Part shown: piece by piece, positions 27,329-36,717 of the stretch
Position numbering within the stretch: the first letter of the stretch is position 1
Layout: every line of letters starts with the position of its first letter
Origin: Acidimicrobiia bacterium
GTDB lineage: Bacteria; Actinomycetota; Acidimicrobiia; Acidimicrobiales; CADCSY01
Length of the DNA stretch: 64,000 nucleotides
Direction of reading: 5' to 3'
Assembly: GCA_050249235.1 (NCBI GenBank)
Contig: JBFWQW010000002.1
Coordinates: 7,936 to 71,935 of the forward strand
Program-made: the position numbers and the translations under genes
Notes under the pieces: model-generated
The model's input: the letters and a program-made list of their open reading frames with translations, nothing else
Databases searched by the model: none
Told to the model about the DNA's origin: nothing

Positions 27329-29473
27329 TCAGTGGGTGGCGCCGGCCGCCATGGCGGCGGGCAGGGCGTCGCGGTAGGTGCGCTGCACGGCCTCGACGGC
27401 GAGGTCGACCAGGCCCGGCACGACCAGGCGGTCGCCCCGGGCGGTGCCGAGCTCGAGCACCGGGACACCGGCGCCGGACGCTCGCCGGCGCAGCTCGTCG
27501 AGCGAGCCGGCGGCCACGCAGGCGACGACCCGGCCGGGCCACTCGGAGAAGAGGCCGACGGCGCCGTCGATCCCCTCGGCCCGAAGTCCCACCCCCGAGC
27601 GGGCAACCAGCTCGCCGAGGGCGAGGGCCAGGCCACCGTCGCCGACGTCGTGAACGCCGGCCAGCAGCCCGTCGAGCACCGCCGAGCGCACCACCCCGGC
27701 CACGGCCGAGACGGCTCCCAGGTCGACCTCGAGGGGCAGGCCGGCGCCCGGTTCGGGATCGCCGAGCACCACCACGGCAGCCCCGTCGACCAGGGTCACC
27801 CCCGGCGGGCGGGCATCGAGGCGGTCGACCATCCCGAGCAGCCCCACCACCGGCGTCGGGTCGATGTCGGTGCCCCGACTCTCGTTGTAGAGGCTGACGT
27901 TCCCGCCCACGACCGGCACGCCGAAGGCCAGGCAGGCCTCGGCCAGCCCGTCGATGGCGTCCGAGAGCTGGCGCATGACCTCGGGGTGCTCGGGGTTGCC
28001 GAAGTTCAGGCAGTTGACCATCGCCAGCGGCCAGGCCCCCACGCAGGCCAGGTTGAGGACCGACTCGCAGATCGTCATGACCGCCCCGATCCGGGGGTCG
28101 ACCGCGCACCACCGGTGGTTGCCGTCGGTGGTGAGCGCCAGCCCCCGTCCGGTGTCGGCCCCGGTCGTGGGGTGCTTCAGGCGCAGGACGGCGGCGTCGC
28201 CGCCCGGCCCCTCCACGGTCGAGAGGAAGAGCTGTGAGTCGTACTGGCTCGACACCCACGAGGTGTCCACCAACCCGGCGAGGAGGGCGGCCTCGGCGTC
28301 GGCCGGCGGGGCCGGCGGCGCCGGCCTCGGGAGGCGGGGCCCGACGGGGCGCTCGTAGCGGGGGGCGTCGTCGCTCAGCGAGGCGGCCGGGAGGTCGGCC
28401 AGGACCTCGCCGCCCGGGGCGTCGAGCACCCGGTAGCGGCCGGACCCCGTGACCTGGCCGATCACGGCGGCCCGCACCTCCCACCGTTCGCAGACGGCGA
28501 GCACGGCGTCGAGATCCTCGGGACGGACGATCGCCAGCATCCGCTCCTGGCTCTCGCTCGTCATCACCTCCCACGGCTCCATGCCCGGCTCGCGGCGGGG
28601 CACGCCCGAGAGGTGGACGTCCATCCCGCTGCCGCCCTTGCCGGCGGTCTCGCTGGTGGCACCGGTGATGCCTGCCGCGCCGAGGTCCTGGACGCCGACG
28701 GCGAGGCCGGCGTCGAGCAGCGTGAGGCAGGCCTCGATCAGGCGCTTCTCCTCGAAGGGGTCGCCCACCTGCACGGCCGGGCGCTTCGCCTGGTCGGCTT
28801 CGTCGTCGCCGAAGCCCTCGCTCGCCATGCTGGCCCCGCCGATGCCGTCCCGCCCCGTCGACGAGCCGAGGAGGACCACGAGGTTGCCCACGCCGGTGGC
28901 CTGGGCCAGCACCAACCGCTCGACCGGCAGCAGGCCGAGGCAGAGGACGTTGACGAGCGGGTTGTCGGCGTAGGTCTCGTCGAAGACCACCTCACCGCCG
29001 ACCGTCGGGACGCCGACCGAGTTCCCGTAGCCGGAGACGCCGCTCACGATCCCGTCGAGGAGCCAGCGGTTCCGGGGGTCGTCGAGGGGCCCGACCCGTA
29101 GCGGGTCCATGAGCGCGATGGGGCGGGCGCCGACGCTGAAGATGTCCCGGAGGATGCCGCCCGCCCCCGTCGCCGCGCCCTGGTAGGGCTCGATGGCGGA
29201 CGGGTGGTTGTGGCTCTCGATGCGGATCGCCGCGGCGATGCCGTCGCCGACGTCGAGCACCCCGGCCCCCTCCCCCGGGCCGACCAGGACGCGCTCGCCC
29301 GCGCTCGGGAACCGGCCGAGGTGGACGCGCGACGACTTGTAGGAGCAGTGCTCCGACCACATGACGCCGTACATGGCGAGCTCGAGGTGGTTGGGCGCTC
29401 GGCCGAGGATCCGGGCGATGTCGTCCGCCTCCGCATCGCTCAGGCCGAGGGAACGATGCAGCGGTTCGGCCAC
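27329..29473 (-). CDS. purL: Phosphoribosylformylglycinamidine synthase subunit PurL
   Basis: A 714-aa protein with WSEHCSYKSS, ESHNHPSAIEPYQGAATG and duplicated AIR-synthase-like domains. Confidence 0.95.
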   Translation of the reverse strand: MAEPLHRSLGLSDAEADDIARILGRAPNHLELAMYGVMWSEHCSYKSSRVHLGRFPSAGERVLVGPGEGAGVLDVGDGIAAAIRIESHNHPSAIEPYQGAATGAGGILRDIFSVGARPIALMDPLRVGPLDDPRNRWLLDGIVSGVSGYGNSVGVPTVGGEVVFDETYADNPLVNVLCLGLLPVERLVLAQATGVGNLVVLLGSSTGRDGIGGASMASEGFGDDEADQAKRPAVQVGDPFEEKRLIEACLTLLDAGLAVGVQDLGAAGITGATSETAGKGGSGMDVHLSGVPRREPGMEPWEVMTSESQERMLAIVRPEDLDAVLAVCERWEVRAAVIGQVTGSGRYRVLDAPGGEVLADLPAASLSDDAPRYERPVGPRLPRPAPPAPPADAEAALLAGLVDTSWVSSQYDSQLFLSTVEGPGGDAAVLRLKHPTTGADTGRGLALTTDGNHRWCAVDPRIGAVMTICESVLNLACVGAWPLAMVNCLNFGNPEHPEVMRQLSDAIDGLAEACLAFGVPVVGGNVSLYNESRGTDIDPTPVVGLLGMVDRLDARPPGVTLVDGAAVVVLGDPEPGAGLPLEVDLGAVSAVAGVVRSAVLDGLLAGVHDVGDGGLALALGELVARSGVGLRAEGIDGAVGLFSEWPGRVVACVAAGSLDELRRRASGAGVPVLELGTARGDRLVVPGLVDLAVEAVQRTYRDALPAAMAAGATH

Positions 29474-29578
29474 CTCGGCAGGCTAGCCGAGCCGGGATTC
29501 CCGGCTCTGCACGTCATGCACGGCCAAGAAGGAGTCGGCCATCCTTCAAATAGCTGTGCCCGGGTGTGTGCTTGCATC

Positions 29579-29588
29579 TCGATATCGA
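29579..29588. promoter_or_regulatory. 10-bp palindrome TCGATATCGA in the purL / orphan-gene divergent spacer
   Basis: A perfect palindrome in a locally AT-richer 134-bp spacer, 20 nt upstream of ATG 29608. Any function is unknown. Confidence 0.25.
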
Positions 29589-29607
29589 TCGTGGCAGATT
29601 CTCGACT

Positions 29608-30018
29608 ATGGCACCTCGGAAGAAGCGCATCGTCACCGACGAGCACAAGGCGGCAATGGCGGAGGGACGCACCCAATCGCGGGCGGTTTCGTCCTATCTC
29701 GAGGCCCTCGAGCTGCACCGTCCGAAGCGGGGCCGGAAGCGCACGACCGACTCCATCGACAAGCGCCTCAGCGCCATCGACGCCGAGCTCCCGACGGCCA
29801 ACCCGATCAAGCGGCTTTCGTTGATCCAGGAGCGGCTCGACCTCGTCAACGAGCGCGAGACCCTCGGCACGAGCGTCGACATCAGCTCGTTCGAGGACGA
29901 GTTCGTCGCCGCCGCCGGTCCCTACAGCCAGCGAAAGGGCATCAGCTACGCCGCCTGGCGTGAGCTCGGCGTGCCCCCGGCCACCCTCAAGCGGGCCGGC
30001 ATCACCCGCGCCATGTAA
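29608..30018 (+). CDS. Hypothetical basic protein (136 aa) inserted in the pur cluster
   Basis: ATG 29608. The product is MAPRKKRIVTDEHKAAMAEGRTQSRAVSSYLEAL...GISYAAWRELGVPPATLKRAGITRAM. It has a Lys/Arg-rich N-terminal half and ends with TAA. It is the only plus-strand gene between purL and purQ. Confidence 0.6.
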   Translation: MAPRKKRIVTDEHKAAMAEGRTQSRAVSSYLEALELHRPKRGRKRTTDSIDKRLSAIDAELPTANPIKRLSLIQERLDLVNERETLGTSVDISSFEDEFVAAAGPYSQRKGISYAAWRELGVPPATLKRAGITRAM

Positions 30019-30019
30019 C

Positions 30020-30255
30020 TGCGCAGCTCCGCTTCGCTTCGCAGCTGGGCGTGCGACGCAGCCGAACCCTTCTGAGCAGCTGCTCCGGCTGGCGCCTGCG
30101 CAGCCTCGGCAGCGCTTCGCTTCGCAGCTGGGCGTGCGACGCAGCCGAACCCTTCTGAGCAGCTGCTCCGGCTGGCTGTGCTGATGCGCAGCTCCGCTTC
30201 GCTTCGCAGCTGGGCGTGCGACGCAGCCGAACCCTTCTGAGCAGCTGCTGCTCCG
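30020..30255. repeat. Tandem repeat, three copies of a 77-88 bp unit
   Basis: An identical 63-nt core GCTTCGCTTCGCAGCTGGGCGTGCGACGCAGCCGAACCCTTCTGAGCAGCTGCTCCGGCTGGC occurs at 30031-30093 and 30114-30176. The third copy, from 30196, is identical for 54 nt. The array fills the convergent spacer before the purQ stop. Confidence 0.9.
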
Positions 30256-30266
30256 CGGGTCGGGGT

Positions 30267-30932
30267 TCAGCTGGCGGCTTCGAGGAGGCTGCGGAGGAGG
30301 GGGATGCCGTCCTCCGAGCCGAGGAGCGGGTGGCTGGCCCGCTCCGGGTGGGGCATGAGGCCCACGACGTTCCGACCTTCGTTGCAGATGCCGGCGATGT
30401 CGTCGATCGAGCCGTTGGGGTTGTCCACGTAGCGGAAGATCACCCGATCGTCGGCTCGGAGCTCGGCCAACGTCTCGGGTCCGCACGTGTAGTTGCCCTC
30501 GAAGTGGTTGATCGGGATCCGGAGGAGCGATCCCTTCCCGGCCTTCGAGCTCAGCACGCTGTCGGTCGACTCGACCCGGAGCGTGGTGGTGGTGCACAGG
30601 AACTTCAGGCCCCGGTTCTTCTGCAGCGCCCCGGGCAGCAGACCGGCCTCGGTGAGCACCTGGAACCCGTTGCAGATGCCGACCACAGGCCCGCCCGAGG
30701 CCGCGAAGTCGGCCACCGCCGTCATCACCGGTGAGAAGCGGGCGATGGCGCCGGGCCGGAGGTAGTCGCCGTGGGCGAAGCCGCCGGGCACGATCACCGC
30801 GTCGTTGGGGCCGACGGTCCCGTCGCCGTGCCAGAGCAGCTCGGCCGTGCCCCCGAGCGACTCGACCGCCTCGATGGCGTCGCGCTCGCAGTTCGACCCG
30901 GGGAAGAGCACCACCCCCACGCGGGCCGTCAC
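30267..30932 (-). CDS. purQ: Phosphoribosylformylglycinamidine synthase glutaminase subunit PurQ
   Basis: GTG 30932 (VTARVGVVLFPGSNCERD). It has the nucleophile GICNGFQ and GLMPHPER. There is a GTGA overlap with purS. Confidence 0.9.
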   Translation of the reverse strand: MTARVGVVLFPGSNCERDAIEAVESLGGTAELLWHGDGTVGPNDAVIVPGGFAHGDYLRPGAIARFSPVMTAVADFAASGGPVVGICNGFQVLTEAGLLPGALQKNRGLKFLCTTTTLRVESTDSVLSSKAGKGSLLRIPINHFEGNYTCGPETLAELRADDRVIFRYVDNPNGSIDDIAGICNEGRNVVGLMPHPERASHPLLGSEDGIPLLRSLLEAAS

Positions 30933-31201
30933 CGGGCCGGCGCCACCGCGCCGATGGTGACGACGGCGTCCTCGATCACGGGGTTGGTGAGGAAGCGGTC
31001 GCACATCTCCGTCACCCGGGCCAGGGCCGACGCCTCGTCGGCGGCCTCGCAGGTGAAGCGGATGGCCTTGCCGACGGAGACCCCGCTCACACCGTCGAAG
31101 CCGAGCGTCGGCAGCGACCGCTCGATCGTCGCACCTTGCGGGTCGGCGATCCCGGCCCGGTGCCGCACCTCCACGAGGACGTCGAAGCGCACCGTCGTCA
31201 C
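30929..31201 (-). CDS. purS: Phosphoribosylformylglycinamidine synthase subunit PurS
   Basis: GTG 31201, 90 aa, with VRHRAGIADPQGATIERSL...NPVIED. Both ends share GTGA overlaps with neighbouring genes. Confidence 0.85.
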   Translation of the reverse strand: MTTVRFDVLVEVRHRAGIADPQGATIERSLPTLGFDGVSGVSVGKAIRFTCEAADEASALARVTEMCDRFLTNPVIEDAVVTIGAVAPAR

Positions 31202-32058
31202 CGTCCCACGCCGGGCCACGAGGCGAACGACGCGCCGGTGATCCGCTCGTAGGCCTCGACGTAGCGGCTCCTCGTCGCGTCGACCACGTCGGGCGGGAGA
31301 TGGGGCGGTGGTGGCTGCTTGTCCCAACCCTGGGCCTCGAGCCAGTCCCGCAGGGGCTGCTTGTCGAAGGCCGGCGGCGTGGCACCGGGCACGACCGCGT
31401 CGGCCGGCCAGAACCGCGACGAGTCCGGGGTGAGGATCTCGTCGGCGACGACGAGCTCACCGTCGACGAGGCCGAGCTCGAACTTGGTGTCGGCGATCAC
31501 GATGCCCCGGTCCAGGGCCCGCGCCGCGCCCCGCCGGTACAGCTCGAGCGAGACGGCCCGGGCCCGCTCGGCGAGCTCGGCGCCGAGCAGGTCGACGGCG
31601 GCGTCGAACGAGATGTTCTCGTCGTGGTCGCCCACGGCGGCCTTGGTCGAGGGCGTGAAGACCGGCTCGGGCAGCTGCTCGCTCTCCCGGAGGCCCTCGG
31701 GCAGGCGCTGGCCGTGCATCGTGCCGGTGGTCCGGTACTCCTTCCAGGCCGAGCCGCTGAGGTAGCCCCGGACGATGCACTCCACCGGCAGCATCTCGGC
31801 CCGGCGTACGAGCATGATCCGCCCCACCCACTCCGGCGGGCAGTCCGGCACCTCCGTGGCGACCACGTGGCTCGGCACGACGTCGGCCAGCTCGTCGAAC
31901 CAGAAGCTCGACATCGCCGTGAGCACCCGACCCTTGTCCGGGACGGTCTCGGCCATGACGACGTCGAACGCGCTCATCCGGTCGGACGCGACGAAGAGCA
32001 GGAGCCCGTCGCCGGCGTCGTAGATGTCGCGGACCTTGCCGGAGTAGACGTGCTTCAC
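31198..32058 (-). CDS. purC: SAICAR synthase
   Basis: A 286-aa protein: YSGKVRDIYD...LFVASDRMSAFD, IADTKFELG. Confidence 0.95.
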   Translation of the reverse strand: MKHVYSGKVRDIYDAGDGLLLFVASDRMSAFDVVMAETVPDKGRVLTAMSSFWFDELADVVPSHVVATEVPDCPPEWVGRIMLVRRAEMLPVECIVRGYLSGSAWKEYRTTGTMHGQRLPEGLRESEQLPEPVFTPSTKAAVGDHDENISFDAAVDLLGAELAERARAVSLELYRRGAARALDRGIVIADTKFELGLVDGELVVADEILTPDSSRFWPADAVVPGATPPAFDKQPLRDWLEAQGWDKQPPPPHLPPDVVDATRSRYVEAYERITGASFASWPGVGR

Positions 32059-32121
32059 GGTTCGAGTCGCTCCTCGTTGTCGGGGTGGGCGGGGAAGGGT
32101 GCGCCTCGGGCGGCGCCGGGG

Positions 32122-33564
32122 TCAGAGGATCGGGGGGGCCTCGAAGGCGGCGGCATCGGGATGGCGGGCGACCACCTCGCCCACCCGGCGGACCACCTCG
32201 GCCACCTGGCGGGGGGCGTCGCCGGCGAAGGCCAGCGGGTCGGCGAGCAGGTCGCGGAGCTGGCCGGCGCGGAGAGGGAACCGCCCGTCGGCGTCGAGGC
32301 GGCCCACCAGGTCGGCAGCCGTCGAGGGCTGGCGGCGTCGTTCGAGACCGGCGGCCACGGCGTGCTCCTTGATGAGCTCGTGGGCCTCTTCGCGGCCCAT
32401 CCCGGCCTTCACCGCGGCCACGAGGAACCGGGTGGTGGCGAGGAAGGGGAGCTCCCGCTCGAGCTCGGCCGCGATCACGGCCGGGAACGGACCGAAGCCA
32501 TCGAGCACGGCGAGGGTCGTGAGCAGGGCGCCCTCGGTGGCGAGGAAGGCGTCGGGCAGCACCACCCGCCGCACGACCGAGCAGCTCACGTCGCCCTCGT
32601 TCCACTGGTCGCCGGCCAGCCCGGCCGCCATGGTGAGGTGACCCCGCACCACCTGCATGAAGCCGTTGATCCGCTCGCACGACCGGCTGTTCATCTTGTG
32701 CGGCATGGCCGACGAGCCGACCTGCCCGGGCAGGAACCCCTCGCCGGCCAGCTCTACCCCCGCCATGAGGCGGATCGTGACGGCCAGGCTCGACGGGGCC
32801 GCCACCACCTGGACCAGTGCCGCCACCACGTCGAGGTCGAGGGAGCGGGGGTACACCTGGCCGACGCTCGTGAGCGTCCGGGCGAAGCCGAGCTCGGCCG
32901 CCACCCGCCGCTCGAGCTCGTCGAGCTTGGCCGGGTCGCCGTCGAACAGGTCGAGCTGGTCCTGGGCGGTGCCGACCGGGCCCTTGATGCCGCGGAGCGG
33001 GTAGCGGGCCAGCAGCTCCTCGACCCGCTCGAGGGCGAGCAGCAGCTCCTCGGCCGCCGACGCGAAGCGCTTGCCCAACGTGGTCGCCTGGGCCGGCACG
33101 TTGTGGCTCCGGCCGGTGACGGCCAGGCCCTCGAACGCCGTGGCCCGGCGGGCCAGCCCGGCGAGGACGGCCACGACCCGGTCGCGGACGAGGACGAGGG
33201 CGGTGCGGATCTGGAGCTGCTCGACGTTCTCGGTGAGGTCGCGTGACGTCATGCCCTTGTGGGCGTGCTGCTGGCCGGCCAGGGCCGCGAACTCGTCGAT
33301 GCGGGCCTTGACGTCGTGCTTCACGATCCGGTCGCGGGCCTCGATCGAGGCCAGGTCGACCTTGTCGACCACCGCCTCGTAGTCCTCGATGACGCCGCCG
33401 GGCACGTCCACGCCCAGGTCGCGCTGGGCCCGCAGCACCGCGATCCACAGGCGGCGCTCGAGCACCACCTTGTGCTCCGGCGACCACACCGTGGCCATCT
33501 CGGGGCTCGCGTACCGGCCGGCGAGCACGTTCGGCACGGTCGAGTCGGCGGCCATGTCAGCCAT
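32122..33564 (-). CDS. purB: Adenylosuccinate lyase
   Basis: A 480-aa fumarase/lyase-family protein with [15 protein letters not shown]. An alternative ATG lies at 33555. Confidence 0.95.
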   Translation of the reverse strand: MADMAADSTVPNVLAGRYASPEMATVWSPEHKVVLERRLWIAVLRAQRDLGVDVPGGVIEDYEAVVDKVDLASIEARDRIVKHDVKARIDEFAALAGQQHAHKGMTSRDLTENVEQLQIRTALVLVRDRVVAVLAGLARRATAFEGLAVTGRSHNVPAQATTLGKRFASAAEELLLALERVEELLARYPLRGIKGPVGTAQDQLDLFDGDPAKLDELERRVAAELGFARTLTSVGQVYPRSLDLDVVAALVQVVAAPSSLAVTIRLMAGVELAGEGFLPGQVGSSAMPHKMNSRSCERINGFMQVVRGHLTMAAGLAGDQWNEGDVSCSVVRRVVLPDAFLATEGALLTTLAVLDGFGPFPAVIAAELERELPFLATTRFLVAAVKAGMGREEAHELIKEHAVAAGLERRRQPSTAADLVGRLDADGRFPLRAGQLRDLLADPLAFAGDAPRQVAEVVRRVGEVVARHPDAAAFEAPPIL

Positions 33565-33580
33565 TCTCCCCGTTCGTGCC

Positions 33581-33633
33581 CCGTTCCCTGTCGACCGAGG
33601 GGGAGTTGTTCCCCCGCGGTCGACAGGGAACGG
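33581..33633 (-). promoter_or_regulatory. Very stable intercistronic stem-loop between purE and purB
   Basis: CCGTTCCCTGTCGACCG-A-GGGGGA / loop GTTGT / TCCCCC-G-CGGTCGACAGGGAACGG gives 23 paired positions with one mismatch. It abuts the purE stop (33634) and is not followed by a U tract. Confidence 0.6.
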
Positions 33634-34092
33634 TCAGAGGCGGGTGGGTTGCCACGCGCGGCGGGCGTCGGCGAGCTTGGCAGCGAGGGCGTCGTCGGTG
33701 ACGGCGAGGATCTCGACGGCAAGGAGGGCGGCGTTGCGGGCGCCGTCGATGGCCACGGTCGCCACCGGCATGCCGGGCGGCATCTGCACGATCGAGTGCA
33801 GGGCGTCGACCCCCTGGAGGGCGCTCCCGGACAGGGGCACACCCACGACGGGCAGGGTCGTGAAGGCCGCGCACACGCCGGGGAGCGCGGCCGCCATGCC
33901 GGCCGCGGCGATGATCACGCCGAAGCCGGCGTCCCGGGCACCCGTCACGAAGTCGCGGACGACGTCGGCGTTGCGGTGGGCGCTCATGGCCCAGACCTCG
34001 TGCTCGACTCCGTACTCGGTGAGCACCTCGCGGGCCCCGGCCAGCTTGTCGGCGTCGTTGGCGGAACCCATGAGCACGGCGACCTTCTTCAC
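33634..34092 (-). CDS. purE: N5-carboxyaminoimidazole ribonucleotide mutase / AIR carboxylase catalytic subunit
   Basis: GTG 34092 ([17 protein letters not shown]...), with [14 protein letters not shown] and VGVP. There is a GTGA overlap with purD. Confidence 0.9.
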   Translation of the reverse strand: MKKVAVLMGSANDADKLAGAREVLTEYGVEHEVWAMSAHRNADVVRDFVTGARDAGFGVIIAAAGMAAALPGVCAAFTTLPVVGVPLSGSALQGVDALHSIVQMPPGMPVATVAIDGARNAALLAVEILAVTDDALAAKLADARRAWQPTRL

Positions 34093-35309
34093 GCGACCTC
34101 CCCGGTGGCGACAGAGCGAAAGGCTTGGGCGGCGATGTCCCGCCGGTAGTGGACGCCAGGCCAGGAGACGAGGCCGGCGGCCTGGTAGGCCCGGGCGTGG
34201 GCCTCGGGCAGGGTGGCGCCGGTGGCGCTGACGTGGACCGGGCGGCCGGCACCCGACGTCCGGCCCTCGGCGTCGATCCCCCCGACGAACAGCTCGACGC
34301 CCGGCACGGCCGCGGCCGCGTCCAGCCCCTCGACGCGGTCGCCCCCGCGGGTCGAGACCGGGTAGCCCCCGGCCGCCAGCGACACGACCACGCACGACTC
34401 CTGGCTGACGACCGGGTCGACCGTGAGCCGCCCGGCGGCCGCGCCGGCGAGCAGCTCGAACGGGTCCGACTCGACCAGCCGCACCAGGACCTGGCACTCC
34501 GGGTCGCCGAAGCGGACGTTGTGCTCGATCACCCGGGGCCCGTCGGGGGTGAACATGACGCTGGTGTAGAGCACGCCCCGGTAGTCGATGCCCCGCCCCC
34601 GCAGGCCGTCGAGGGTCCGCCCCACGCACTCGTCGAAGGCCCGGTCGACGTCGGCCGGCGCGAGGAACGGCACCGGGCCGTAGGCGCCCATGCCGCCGGT
34701 GTTCGGGCCCACGTCGCCGTCGCCCACCCGCTTGTGGTCCTGGCACACGGGGAGCCGGGCGTAGCGCTCGCCGTCGCAGATCGCGAACAGCGAGACCTCG
34801 GGACCGGTCATGGCCTCCTCGACCACGACGGCGCCCCCCGCCAGCTTCTCGCGGACGTCGGCGACGGCCTCGTCGAGGTCGGACGTCACCAGCACGCCCT
34901 TGCCGGCCGCGAGGTAGTCGGTCTTCACCACGTAGGGCCCCGGCAGGCGCCCCAGGAGCTCGACCGCGGGGGCCTCCGCCGTGAACGACCCGTACCGGGC
35001 GGTCGGCACGGAGGCCTCGGCGAGGAGGTCCTTCATCCACGCCTTCGAGCCCTCGAGGCGGGCGCCGTCGGCGCCGGGACCGAAGACGAGCCGGCCGGCG
35101 GCCCGCAGCCGGTCGCCGAGGCCGGCCACGATGTCGGCCTCGTCGCCGAGCACGTAGAGGTCGGCCTCGATCTCCAGCGGGTCGCGGCTCGTCGCCCAGG
35201 GGATCCCCGGGTTTCCCGGCGCCACCGTGACCTCGTGGCCGAACCGGTCGAACAGCCACCCCAGGGCGTGACCCCGGCCCCCGCTGGCGCCGGCGATGCA
35301 CACCCTCAT
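34089..35309 (-). CDS. purD: Phosphoribosylamine-glycine ligase
   Basis: ATG 35309 (MRVCIAGASGGRGHAL...VAPGNPGI). It has an ATP-grasp core: YVVKTDYLAAGKGVLV, NVRFGDPE. Confidence 0.9.
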   Translation of the reverse strand: MRVCIAGASGGRGHALGWLFDRFGHEVTVAPGNPGIPWATSRDPLEIEADLYVLGDEADIVAGLGDRLRAAGRLVFGPGADGARLEGSKAWMKDLLAEASVPTARYGSFTAEAPAVELLGRLPGPYVVKTDYLAAGKGVLVTSDLDEAVADVREKLAGGAVVVEEAMTGPEVSLFAICDGERYARLPVCQDHKRVGDGDVGPNTGGMGAYGPVPFLAPADVDRAFDECVGRTLDGLRGRGIDYRGVLYTSVMFTPDGPRVIEHNVRFGDPECQVLVRLVESDPFELLAGAAAGRLTVDPVVSQESCVVVSLAAGGYPVSTRGGDRVEGLDAAAAVPGVELFVGGIDAEGRTSGAGRPVHVSATGATLPEAHARAYQAAGLVSWPGVHYRRDIAAQAFRSVATGEVA

Positions 35310-35406
35310 CGGTCCGCCATCTCGGCTCCGGGGGCACCGCTCCGGCACCCGCGCGCGACCTGGCAGCGGCGCGGAGCCCTGCGCCCGGAACGGATCGGGG
35401 CGGTCG

Positions 35407-36684
35407 TCATCCGACGGTGATCGTCTGCTTGCGCTCGGGGCCGACGCCCACGTAGCTGACGGGCACCCGGCCCTCGTCGGCCACGAACAGGACGTAGTCG
35501 CGGGCCGCCGGAGGCAGCTCCTCCATGGTCGTGCAGCCCGAGACGTCGGTCTGCCAGCCGGGCAGCTCCTCGAAGACCGGGACCGCCTTGTGCAGGTCGG
35601 ACTGGTGGTAAGGCATGTGGGTCACCCGCTTGCCGTCGATCTCGTAGGCCACGCACACCTTCACCACCGGCTCGGCGTCGAGCACGTCGAGCTTGGTGAG
35701 GAAGATGTCGCTGAGGCTGTTGAGCCGCACCGCCTGGCGCAGCATCACCGCGTCGAACCAGCCCGGGCGGCGGCGGCGGCCGGTGTTCGTGCCGTACTCC
35801 TTGCCCCGCTCGATGAGCCCGTCGCCGGTCTCGTCGAAGAGCTCCGTCGGGAAGGGACCGGACCCGACCCGGGTCATGTACGCCTTGGTGATCCCGATGA
35901 TCCGGTCGATGTGCCGGGGACCGACGCCCGCGCCGGCGCAGGCGCCCCCCGCCACCGGGTTCGACGAGGTCACGAAGGGATACGTGCCGTGGTCGAGGTC
36001 GAGGAACGTGGCCTGGGCCCCCTCGAACATCACCTGCTGGCCGGCCTCGAGGGCGGTGTGGATCAGGTCGACCGAATCGACGATGCGGGGTGCCAGCCGG
36101 GGGGCGAGCACGTCGAGGTACTCGTCGCAGATGGACTCGAAGCTCGGGCCGAGGCGGTTGTACACCTTGGCCATGACGGCCAGCTTCTCCTTGAGCACGA
36201 CGTCGAGCTTCTGGCGGAAGATCTTGGGGTCGAGCAGGTCCTGCACCCGCAGGCCCACCCGCAGGGCCTTGTCGGCGTAGGCCGGGCCGATGCCCCCCTT
36301 GGTCGTGCCCAGCTTGTTGTCGCCGAGGTGGCGCTCGAAGAGGACGTCGAGCTCCTGGTGGTAGGGCATGACCAAGTGGGCGTTGCCGCTCACCACCAGC
36401 TTCGTGGTGTCGACGCCGCGCGACTCGAGGGCGTCGATCTCGGACACCAGGATCCGGGGGTCGACCACCACCCCGTTGCCGATGACGTTGGTGACGTGGG
36501 GGTGCAGGACCCCGCTCGGGACCAGGCGGAACGCGAACTTCTGCTCGCCGACGACGATCGTGTGACCGGCGTTGTGACCGCCCTGGTAGCGGACCACGAG
36601 GTCCATCTCCTCGGCGAGGACATCGGTCAGCTTGCCCTTGCTCTCGTCACCCCATTGGGTCCCGACGACCACCGTGCCTGGCAC
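35407..36684 (-). CDS. purA: Adenylosuccinate synthetase
   Basis: GTG 36684 ([21 protein letters not shown]), with GGHNAGHT and [10 protein letters not shown]. Confidence 0.95.
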   Translation of the reverse strand: MPGTVVVGTQWGDESKGKLTDVLAEEMDLVVRYQGGHNAGHTIVVGEQKFAFRLVPSGVLHPHVTNVIGNGVVVDPRILVSEIDALESRGVDTTKLVVSGNAHLVMPYHQELDVLFERHLGDNKLGTTKGGIGPAYADKALRVGLRVQDLLDPKIFRQKLDVVLKEKLAVMAKVYNRLGPSFESICDEYLDVLAPRLAPRIVDSVDLIHTALEAGQQVMFEGAQATFLDLDHGTYPFVTSSNPVAGGACAGAGVGPRHIDRIIGITKAYMTRVGSGPFPTELFDETGDGLIERGKEYGTNTGRRRRPGWFDAVMLRQAVRLNSLSDIFLTKLDVLDAEPVVKVCVAYEIDGKRVTHMPYHQSDLHKAVPVFEELPGWQTDVSGCTTMEELPPAARDYVLFVADEGRVPVSYVGVGPERKQTITVG

Positions 36685-36717
36685 GTGGCGGCAGGCTATC
36701 GCGCTACCGTCGCCCCC

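Noticed and set aside
25686-28574. Run-on ORFs upstream of purF (962 aa), purE (33634-35337) and purA (35407-37074)
   Set aside because: In each case the homologous protein begins at an internal GTG or ATG with an RBS or a stop-start overlap. The extensions overlap neighbouring real genes in another frame.
29960-30184. A 74-aa plus-strand ORF, and part of the minus-strand ORF 29440-30597, crossing the 80-bp repeats
   Set aside because: The repeat period is not a multiple of 3, so each copy is read in a different frame. There is no RBS and the composition is not protein-like.
30020-30255. Possible relationship between the ~80-bp repeat and the 44-bp repeat family
   Set aside because: Only two short shared strings on the complementary strands (CGCCCAG and AGCGGAG, or CTCCGCT and CTGGGCG) separated by an 11-nt indel. 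In GC-rich DNA this is compatible with chance.
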